A DNA stretch of 64,000 bases from Gracilinanus agilis (lineage: Eukaryota). Location: assembly GCF_016433145.1 (NCBI RefSeq), contig NC_058130.1, positions 255,413,771 to 255,477,770 on the forward strand, given 5' to 3'. Position numbers and translations under genes: made by a program. Numbering within the stretch: the first letter of the stretch is position 1; each line of letters begins with the position of its first letter. Shown here piece after piece: positions 54,062 through 64,000 of this stretch. A model generated the notes under the pieces. That model ran no database searches and had not been told where the DNA came from. It saw nothing but the letters and a program-made list of their open reading frames with translations.

Positions 54062-56467
54062 AGTCTCTTTGACTCCACAAGAGAAACTACTGGTTCTCAA
54101 AGTCACACTCTGAAACCAGGCATTTTATATCCCTGACTTAGTTCTTTAGCTCATACCATTTCTTCTCTTCCCCTTGTTCTGCTGGAAGTTCAAATGTATG
54201 CTCACCTCCAGATGTTCCAAATCTGTTTCCTTCAGCATCCGAGAGACATTGAGAATCTAGGGAACAAGGAAGACAGGGAAACAGGGAGGAAAGCCAAAGG
54301 TAGGAGAGGTGATCACCTGATTCCTGAGAGTTTCAGAAAGCAGGAACTCTAATTTTTAGAACAGACACATTCTCAGAGTGGGATTATTACATCTTATGAG
54401 AGAAGAGGTCTTTTTTCCTAAGGCAACATCAAGAACCTTTTAGCGAAATGGTCCTCTTCCCTCTCTTGGCCTCTGTGAAGAGATCAAACCTTTTCTAGTA
54501 GAGTTAGGGGATACTTTTAAAATATTGCCTTAAGGACTCTTTAGAGCTAGGACTTATTAAATAAAATCATAGAAGTTAGAAGAATTAAGCAATCTTTTTC
54601 ACCAAATACACTGTGGCTGATTCAAATTCAATCTCTCTGATCTAGAAGTCTCATTAATTTTTTTACTTATACAACATATACATCAATTATATAATGATTA
54701 AAAAATGCGAATCATATCCACTTTTATGGATTTTAACTAACCATTCATTCCCAGTTACAACAATATAGATACCAATCCTATCCCATTAAGGCAGTACACT
54801 GGAATAGCTTTTGTAATTTTCTTTTAGAATCTAGATAATGAAAGTATTTTCACCATTCCTGTTTTGTTCAGTGCCCGAGTAACAATTCAAATCTGGCCTA
54901 AAAATCCTAGTAGGTCAGAAATGAGCTAGAAGGGGAACTGTCTGAGAGAGAAGAACCCACAGGCTAAGGAACAAAATGCCTGGGTCCTAGGCTTTCACCT
55001 GAAAGGAGCTGAGCAGCATGGTGAGAGCAATGAGTTTGGCATTTGTTTCCTTGTCTGTTTCTAGACTTATGGTCCCTTCTGTGTCCACAAGAAATACAGC
55101 CACCTAAAGGATAGAGGGGAGAACCAGGGCATGAGGTCAAAGTTTCCCTGTGGCCCTCTCATCTTTCTGCCCTTCTTCCCTCAGAACTTTCTCAATTCTT
55201 CTAACCTTCACCTACCTGTCTTCCCTCAGTTTCTCTCCTCTCTTTCCTCTCTTATTTTCCCCACCCCTACACCCACCTTCCTTCCTCTTTTCCATCATCC
55301 ACCTCTTACCTCATTCTGGTTTTTGCCTTCCACTTTACAACCTCCCCAGTTCTGTCCTTTTACCTCTTTCCCCTTCTTCTTCAGAATAAATGGCTGGCTC
55401 CATATCCACAGGCCCTTGGTGACACTTTGGGCTCCTGGTTCACACTGGAACCCCTGAAGAGCTCTTCCTTCTTTTATCCTCTGGGGATCCTTGGACTTTT
55501 GAAGAGAAAGAATGAATCATTTCTCCCCATGACTCAAATATCATATATACAAAATTCCTCCTTTAGAACCCATTTTGCTCTCTTTTCAAAAACCAGGTCT
55601 GGATCTCTTAACCTTGAGCTTCTTTCAGAGACTTTCTGCCTCAACTCATTTCCCTTCTTCCCATGTTCCTGTCCTCTCCTCTCCTCCACTGTCTAGGCCA
55701 CAGAACCCCAGTCCCAGATCTTACCAGACTCTGCAATTCTTGGATTAGATAGTTGAGAAGGAAAGACTTTCCTGTTCTTTGCTCCCCCACGACAGAGATG
55801 ACACAGATTTTAGTATTCCTGACTTGAGGGTGATTCAGACACTGAGACAGAACATCTAGATTGAGGGTGAAATCCTTTGTGGAGTTAACTTGAACCAACT
55901 GCAGAGGTTTTGCCTCTACATTGGAAACATCATAGGGGTTCTGAGGAGAAGAAGGAAAATTCTTTAAACTTCTTAATCTTCTTGGACTTGACCATATAAT
56001 GAAGGAGTTCCCCTCCTGTCATCCTAACCCGTCTAGAAAGAACCCAAAGTTCACTTATCCCGAATTAGGCAAAAAGCAATTGGTAAGTGTTTGCTTTGTG
56101 GGAGACACTCTGCTAATCAGTCCCAGAAACTCATGAGACTATAAAGCCTCAATCTCTGACCTGGTTTGGGTTTGTCCTCTGTTGAAGGGAGTTCATTTTC
56201 TCCAACAGACTCCGGAGTCGAGTGTCTGGAACTAGCTGACTCCTGTCACACCTTCTACGGCACTCAGGGCAGTGAGGTGGTTGGGAACCTGGAACACCCG
56301 AGTCCCAATGACAGGTGATACACTGAGCACAGAAGTTGTGGCCACATTCAATGGAGACAGGATCCCGGAACAACTCCAAACAGATGGAGCACGTGAGGTC
56401 AGACTTCAATAAATCCAATGGGTCAGTTAAAGTGCTCAGTGAGGGGTTTCTCACAAGGAAGCTGGAT
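50784..56467 (-). CDS. RNF112-like RING finger plus atlastin/GBP-family large GTPase (divergent paralogue; 5' exon(s) not resolved; at least 554 aa)
   Basis: Exons: 56467-56161 (C3HC4 RING, CSICLELFRDPVSIECGHNFCAQC...CPEC), 55940-55725 (P-loop GEQRTGKS), 55495-55364 (VTKGLWIWSQPF), 55103-54999 (VAVFLVDTEG), 54256-54206, 53963-53907, 53813-53727 (HLDLLVRDW, GC donor), 53101-52984, 52833-52703, 52612-52556, 52351-52277, 51113-50784 (DSYKMRFCGH plus hydrophobic segment). No frameshift or internal stop. Exon pattern parallels human RNF112 as I recall it. Confidence 0.9.
54021..54058 (+). repeat. (CT)n microsatellite in an RNF112-like intron
   Basis: Directly visible. Confidence 0.95.
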
Positions 56468-57558
56468 CTAAAGATGCAGAAAGCAGTGTTGGAGAGGAGA
56501 ATGTCTAGATGTAGGAAGGGCAGTAGGAGATAATGTGGGAGCTGGGATCGTGGCTAGAATTTTAAGAGGGAAGGGTAGGGGGCATCTAGGTGGCTCATAA
56601 ATTGAGGGCCAGGCCTAGAGATGGGAGGTCCAAATCTGACCTCAGACACTTCCTGGCTCACCTACCCTGGACAGTAACTTAACCTTCATTGCCTAGTCCT
56701 TATGGTTCTTCTGCCTTAGAACCAATACACAGTATGAATTCTAAGAGAGAAGGAAAGGGTTTCAAAAGATGGAGAGAGAGAAAAGTGAGTGGGAACAAAT
56801 TAAAGTAGATTATTTTGATATATAATTTCTCTTTTTAATCCTTCTTCATAAATCTCTTTCTTTGTGGATTGCTGTGGCAAGGAGAGATTATTAAAGAAGT
56901 AGAGAAGAAGAATTCCTATTCTTCTTGATCTCAGATGAATTTGTTTATTATAGAATATTAGAAATAAAAGGAATATCATAGGTCTTCAGTCTGACTTGTC
57001 ACCTAATGCAGGAATACCTTCTTATAGCACTATCTTCTGTTTGAATATTTCCAGTGATAAAGAATTCCCTACAGATCAAAGTAGACTATTTTCTTGTTGG
57101 ATAGCACTAATTTTTACAAAATTCCTTTTTATATAGAGTTGAAATTTCACTGACTGGTAGTAATTTTGCCTTCTGTAAGAGGCCACAAAGGAGAAGATTC
57201 TTTCTTTTCCATAACTATCCTTTCAGATATTAGAATACAACTATCATGTTTCCCCTAAGTCATGACTTGTTCAGTCTGAACAACCCAAATCTCCTTCAAT
57301 CTGGACTCATGATTGAACATTAACTATCACTTCTACTTACAAATGGTCATTTCCTTTTTCCATCAAGAAGGATTTTTATGTCTTTGAGAAGATGAAATAG
57401 AAAAGTGACAGAGACACAAGATAAAATAGTTAGTGCTGAACCTTGGCATCCCACAACTCCCTCCTTCTGTCCCCCTCTCCTTTCTCCTCCTCCCTCCCTC
57501 TTTTTTCTTCCTCCCTTTCATCTCTTTCTTTCTTTCTTTCTTCCTTTCTTCCTTTGTT

Positions 57559-57727
57559 NNNNNNNNNNNNNNNNNNNNNNNNNNNNNNNNNNNNNNNNNN
57601 NNNNNNNNNNNNNNNNNNNNNNNNNNNNNNNNNNNNNNNNNNNNNNNNNNNNNNNNNNNNNNNNNNNNNNNNNNNNNNNNNNNNNNNNNNNNNNNNNNNN
57701 NNNNNNNNNNNNNNNNNNNNNNNNNNN
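57559..57727. other. Assembly gap
   Basis: N run inside a pyrimidine-rich SINE tail. Confidence 1.
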
Positions 57728-58432
57728 TCTTTCTCCCTTTTTAAAAAAACTCTTCACCTTCTGTCTTAGAATCAATACTAAGTTTCTGTTCCAAAACAGA
57801 AGGGTTAGGCAATTGGAGTTAATTGCCTTGCTCAGGATCATACAACTAGGAAGTATCTGAGGCCAGATTTGACCCAAGGTCCTCCCATCTCCAGACCTGG
57901 CTTTCTATCTACTGAGTCACTTAGCTACACCTCTCTATTCCTTTCTATATCCTGGTGTTGCACCTGCTCAGCCCCAGGCCCCCTAGCCTTCCTATAGTCT
58001 TCACTTTAGAGCTAGAGTCCTTCTATACCAGTGATGGTGAACATTTTAGAGATGGAGTGCTATGTTTGTGTCCCTTGCCCCCCAGTATTACCCAAGGAGG
58101 GGAGGAAGGATGCTCTCCCATTGGCTACTGGGCAGAGGGTAGGGGATGGGAAGTGAGGAATGTCCTTAGGTACATGGAAAGGGAGAGGGGAACAGCCCTG
58201 CCCAGAGTCCCTCTGGCTTTCTAGTAAGGAACTCTGCTGGGCAACTGCAGGCATGCCCATAGGGAGGGCTCTGCTTCCCCTTTTAGACACATGTGCCATA
58301 GGTTTGCCATCACAGTTCTATACTATCAGCTTCCTTTCAAATCCATTCCCCTCCCATTCCACTGTCATCAACCTGTCCTAATTCTACTATCCTCCCACCA
58401 GATCCATTCCTCTCCCTTTGAGCTCAAGATCT

Positions 58433-58668
58433 TGGTGGCTAGGTGGCACAAAGCACTGGTTGTGGAGTCTAGGAGACCTGAGACCAAATCAGACCTCAGA
58501 ACTTGCTAGCTTTGTAACCCTGGACAAGTTAGTTCACTCTGTTTGCCTCAGTTTTCTCATCTGTACAATGATCCTGAGAAGAAAATAGCAAACTACTCAA
58601 GGATGTTTGTCAAGAAAACCCCGAATGGGGTCACAAGGAATCTGAAAGTACTGAACAAGAACAACAAT
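58433..58668 (+). mobile_element. Mar1-type SINE (CORE plus RTE-like tail)
   Basis: Head ggtggctaggtggcac... and RTE tail gaaaatagcaaactactcaaggatgtttgtcaagaaaaccccgaatggggtcac...acaacaa. Similar tails at about 14690-14880, 41380-41500 and 49090-49200. Confidence 0.7.
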
Positions 58669-59402
58669 TTACCTGTCTGTTCAACCAAACACAAAATAAA
58701 TCCAGTAAACAGGTTCTGTTCTTGAAAGTGACCAGATGAGGGAAATTAAGAGTGTGGAGGAGGCCAGGGAAGATAGAGGGGTCCTGGGAGAAAGGGAAGC
58801 CAGTGATTATGGAAATATACTTCCCTGCCTTAAATGTAGTTTACTGGCACTTAAATGCCAGTACATGCACTGGGAAAGGGGGCAACTGAGGTTCTCAGTT
58901 CAGGCTTCAGTCAGATTCCCCTCTCATCCTATTATCCTCCTATCAACCCCATTCCTCTCCCATTCCATTGTTCTTACCCCAATTCCATCCCCAGTATCTT
59001 CCCACCCCCCCCACCCCCACCCCAGACCTATTCCTCTTCTATTAAACTCAAAGTCTGGTCAGTCTGGTTAGCCAAACATGTGGAATAAACAGGGTAATCA
59101 AGTTCTGTTCTTGAAAATGACTAGATGGAGGAAAGTTTTGAGGGTGGGGATAAGGTCAGGGAAGAGACAGAGATGCAGGGAAAGAGGAAATCAGAGACTA
59201 AAAGAATATACTTCCCTGCCTTAATAAAAACTGTACCTGCACTGGGAAAGGGAAGGGCACAGGTTCCCTCTTCAGTCTTTAGCCAGCATCTGTCCAAGGA
59301 GGAAAATGAATCTACTGTAGGCTGTTTTGGAGGAGGAGGAGTCTGACCAGGAAATGGAAAGAGGGAGTAACAAGCTCAAAGTCCAGAGAATAGACTGTGA
59401 TG

Positions 59403-60563
59403 TGTAAGAATTTAAAATTTAGGTTTTATGATCAATATGAAAGTTCCAAATTAATATTGTGGTCACTGATTTAAAAATATTATAGCTTAAGTCGTTTAGC
59501 AGCTTTATTTACAAAGAGATGGAAAGCATGAAAGTGAAAAAAATGTAAGAAGAAGGTAGAGAATTGTCTAGCCTACCACCGTAAGTGCAGTTTGGTGTCA
59601 GGCTCAGCTACAGTAGGGCTCAATAATCTTCAGCCAGAGGACCTGGTGGTGTCTTTGGCAAGGGTTCTACCAATGCAGCCTCCTCCAGGAAAGGAAGGCC
59701 TCTCTGGAACCAATCTTTCCAGAAGCCAGGAAAGGAAGGCCAGCTACTCACCCAGCTCACTGATTCAGAGTCTCTGAAGGTGAAGTCTCCAGGAGAAGTC
59801 CTCCAAAGAAGAAATCCACAGGAGAAGATCCTTGGAAAGGAAATTCAGGACTTTTTATAGTCCTTTTTCTGTCACTTCCTATCCCTTCTTCCACTTTACA
59901 AGAACCAATGGCATTATTTTAATTTGCCCAACACTGCCCAAGGCAGAGTGGCAATAGTCTTTGGAGGTGTGAGCTTACTCTAGGAAGTGACTCCTGAATT
60001 TTCTTACTTAGTATTAAGTAGGGGTGCTTAAGTTTTTGATTGATTAATTTAAAAGTTACTGATTGATAAACAAAGAAAGTTTGATTTGCTCTTCACAGAA
60101 GGCAGGAGATGAATTCAGGATTGAAGACAAGGAGCCTTGGACAAGAAAAGAGAAAGTGGAAAGGGAGCATTTTGATATTATTTGATCAGGTGTATTGATT
60201 GGCCAATAGAATTTCAGTTGGTATAGATTAGGTGGTATAATTATCACTGACAGAGAGCTTCAGTTGATGGCAGGTGATGGAACTAGCAGGGGTCAGACTA
60301 TCACAAAACCTATTTATTTAGACTATGAGAAGGAGCAGGGACAGGAAAAGGAAATGAAATTAATTTATGAGATATCTTACCCCAAATTATGGTTTCTAAC
60401 TAAAACCCAGAAAATATCTCCCTCAGGGGATTGCTTCTTGCCTGATGGACTCAGGCCTAGCCTGACTTCCTTACTGTCTATTAAATATATATTTTATCTG
60501 ACTTACTAACCTAATCTAATAATAATTATCCTTAGGTTCCTTTCTTGATATAAGATATTCACA
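59403..60563. mobile_element. Probable solo LTR
   Basis: TG...CA-bounded block with LTR-like composition. Boundaries and TSD not confirmed. Confidence 0.4.
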
Positions 60564-61908
60564 GCTTGGATGTAACTTTGTGCCTCCAACTTCAGGGATA
60601 CAGATTGCCTGTCAGCTCTTCACTGACACTTCTCTCTGATGCCCCCTTTGGTGTTCCAGGGAACAGCCCAGCCACTCTCCTATCAGTCGAATCTCTCTCC
60701 CACTGTTCCCCAATATAAAGATGTTATTAAAAGCTAGTTATTACCAAAATCTTCAAAGATTGAAAGAGCCAACTCCCAGAGAGGAAGCTCCAGAGAGTGC
60801 CCAGTTCTTCCCAACTGTTTCTCCTAGGGGTTTCCTGGGAATTCTTTACCCATGACCTCCTGAAAATTATTCTCTTTGCTTAAAGGAGCTAAGGTAACAT
60901 TTTAAAACTCTTTCTATTTGTCTACTCCTTACTTCTATCTAGAGTCTGCTCTTAATTAAGCTAGTTACTTAATTAATCTTTACACTCTCCCCTGTGCTTC
61001 ATTGAAAAGACCACTTTCTCAAATGAAGCAAATGTACCTATCTAAACTATTCTAAAACTAAACTAGATGATTCTAAAATTCTGTGCTACAACCAGAGAGT
61101 TACAGAAAGAAGAATAAGAGAAAGTAAGGAAAATTCTTGCAAACTGCAAGTCACATTACAGTTACAGATAATTCAATTATATACATTTAAAATTTTATAA
61201 TGACATACTTCTAACTAAACTTTTACAACAATACAACTACCCAAAGATAATGCTTTAAAATTTACCTTACAAATACTATAGAAGGAAAAAATAAACTTTA
61301 ACTGTTCTATTATAGAAAAAAATCTACCTAAAGATTCAAAATTATCTTACAACACTATAGGAAAGCAAGCAAACTTGCAAGAAAATTATTATGTAAAATA
61401 TACATATTTACATTCCCCCATGAGGTGGGTAAAATAAACCTCCTCTGAGGTTTTCTTTAATGAGGATATAAATTCTCTTCTGAAGTTACCTGTTAGGAAG
61501 ATATAAAATCCTCCCTGAAGTGAGAATTTACTTTAATATTAAATTTTATATATTTTTAATAATTTTAATATATTTTAATTAACTTCTATTTATTTGTATT
61601 TTTATGATTTTTAATTAATGAGTTATTTAGTTTTTAAATTGTTATATTTACTTATTTTTATCATTGTAGTTTTTTAGTTATTAAGAAGTTTTAATTTATT
61701 TATATTAATATTTAATTCATTTCAATATTAATAATCATTTTAAAACTAAAAAATCTAACATACCTCATATACTTGCCATTGACCTTCTCATACAAGCCTC
61801 TATTGCACAAAATTACCCTTTCACTTAAATTCAAAATTCAGTGTTTATACAATCCAGTCTTCCGTCTTCATCGTAATCTTTCTTGTAATTCTTTACACAT
61901 AGTCTTTT

Positions 61909-62282
61909 TTTTTTAAACCCTTACCTTCCATCTTGGAATCAATACTGAGTATTGGTTCCAAGGCAATGGGGGTCAAGTGACTTGCCCAGGGTCATACAGC
62001 TAGGAAGTGTCTGAGGCCAGATTTGAACCCAAGACCTCCCATCTCTGGGCCTGCCTCTCAATCCACTGAGCCACCCAGCTTCCCCCTATACATAGTCTTT
62101 TTTTTTTTTTTTTTAAATTTTAAACCCTTAACTTCTGTGTATTGACTTATAGGTGGAAGATTGGTAAGGGTAGGCAATGGGGGTCAAGTGACTTGCCCAG
62201 GGTCACACAGCTGGGAAGTGTCTGAGGCCGGATTTGAACCTAGGACCTGGCTCTCAATCCACTGAGCTACCCAGCTGCCCCC
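61909..62282 (-). mobile_element. Two adjacent SINEs inserted at the same target site
   Basis: Copies at about 61909-62086 and 62102-62282. Three copies of the target ta(c/t)acatagtctttt at 61894, 62087 and 62283. Confidence 0.85.
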
Positions 62283-64000
62283 TACACATAGTCTTTTGAT
62301 AGTAGTTTCAGTGTTCATGCAAAAAGTCTCAAGTTGTAGAGTCAAGGTCAGAGTTAACAGAACTGAAGTCAAACACACGAATGAGACAGACTTTCTTCCC
62401 CTTTCCTTTTCTTCCTTCTTTGCTACTTAATCAAATTATAATATTCAAAGGCAATACATAGAACTAGAAACAGAAGTAACATGAAATGATTTGCTTCCCC
62501 ACCAAACACTGCTTTAGTACCCTAGAAATCAAGAAGAAATGCCCAACTAACATCAGAGATAGGAACATATCTATATAAAAGGATCCTTTTCTGTATAATA
62601 AAATGGGAAAGTTAGAAAGCCACCTTTGTGAAATGCAACTCTCACTTCTACTCCCTCTTGTGCTGGACACAAACTTGAACATTGTAGAATCCCTATCTCT
62701 AGGCCTCCTGAGGCCTAAAGTTGAATGTAAAATAATAATCTTGGGTGAAATTAATAGACTGAACTAGATGGCTTCTTGGGTCCCTTCCAAATCTAGATTC
62801 ATGATTTCATTTCAGTAGATAGGTTTTGTGTGCCAGATCTCTTTGTTCTTTTCCAGAAACATTAATTTGGAAAGGTATTTGCCTCCAAATATGGGAATTT
62901 AAATGAAGAGAGCTTATCTTCTCTTTCTTTTAGGAATAGTATCCCTCCTGAAGGAACTAGACAGAGTTGGGATCAGACATGAGCATTTGGTTTTGGCTTA
63001 CTTCTGGGTTCAAGTTGGCTTTGGGAAACATAAAGAAGGTCAGTGACAACTTTGAGGATGATGGAGAATGCAGTGATGAAAATGAGCACAGTATTCCATT
63101 TGGCATCCTTTCTTATACTGAACTCTTCTATAGTGGTTTGAGCTATTATAGGCCAATGGTCACTCCTCAATGACAGGGGAGCCAAGGAGCCCTAAAAACT
63201 GGGGAGAGATAGTCCAGGACCTTCTAACATCTCTAAAATGTAAAATTGGAATTTGTCAGACCAATTTGGAATTTTCACTTCCTCCCCCCACCCCCACACA
63301 CATACACACATACTCCAGGCTTCCCAATCTTGTTAGGAGTTCAGTCCCCAATTAGTTACTTCATCTACTCTCTATCTTCACTCACCCCTTCCCTAGGGGA
63401 TGGGACAAAATAGAAACCACTCATTTTGTTTCTTTTCCCAACAAACTCCTTTGCTGAGAGGAGTCCTTCCTCCCAAATAGAAATGTTATCTCTTCAAGTG
63501 GCATTGTTTAACCTTTTTTTTTTTCAATGTACATGTTTTTCTTTTCAGTGTACATGAGATGTAAGGAAGGTACACCAATCAGACTTCAGCAAAAACCAGA
63601 GTGTCTACCAAGGCTAAAGGACAGACTTGGAAAAGTTAAGAGGAAAGCTTTCAGATACAAAATAAGTATCTTCCACCCAAGAAAGCATCTGAGAGGTCAG
63701 CAAGAAAATGCCTTTAGAGGTTGGCAAACTATGATCAAGAGTCAATTAGACTTAATACCTATTTTTTGTGCATCCCATGAGTTTAAAATCCTTTTTTACA
63801 TTTTTAAATACAACATGATTTTACTTTAAAATTAAAAAAATTCTTAGCTTGAGTGCCCGGAAAAAAACAGGCATCAGGAAAGATGGACCATAGACCACAT
63901 GGTTTACTGACCTTTGTACTAGGGGAATAGATATATTCATACTTTTGTCTCTTATCACTCAGAAATTATACACCTAAGAAGTCTAGGAGGTAAAAATGAC

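Noticed and set aside
50784-56467. Calling the RING-GTPase gene RNF112 itself, or a TRIM gene or a pseudogene
   Set aside because: There is no B-box or coiled-coil TRIM architecture, the reading frame is intact, and divergence plus non-syntenic position argue against simple orthology. Orthology is left open for phylogenetic testing.
58842-58863. Short hairpin tactggca-cttaaa-tgccagta
   Set aside because: An 8-bp stem is compatible with chance or a small local duplication, and it matches no RNA family.

Overview
This is marsupial genomic DNA, most likely the opossum Monodelphis domestica, inferred from young SINE1_Mdo-type SINEs, Mar1/RTE tails and low CpG content. It has three assembly gaps. 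I traced the spliced genes exon by exon through splice signals and phase. The conserved block seen at human 16p11.2 is present: TGFB1I1 (+, 11 coding exons), SLC5A2/SGLT2 (+, 14 exons), RUSF1/C16orf58 (-, 14 coding exons, tail-to-tail with SLC5A2) and AHSP (+, 2 coding exons). Beyond AHSP lies an unexpected gene on the minus strand: a RING finger plus atlastin/GBP-family GTPase that looks like a divergent RNF112 paralogue. Its 12 traced exons are open, its GTPase motifs are canonical, one intron is GC-AG, and its C-terminus and stop codon come from a SINE 3' tail. Its first exon(s) could not be resolved. The rest of the window is repeat-rich (SINEs, L1, L2/MIR, hAT MITEs, a decayed ERV-L split by an L1, a probable LTR) with several local duplications. 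Gene identities and human comparisons come from recalled protein sequences, not database searches.
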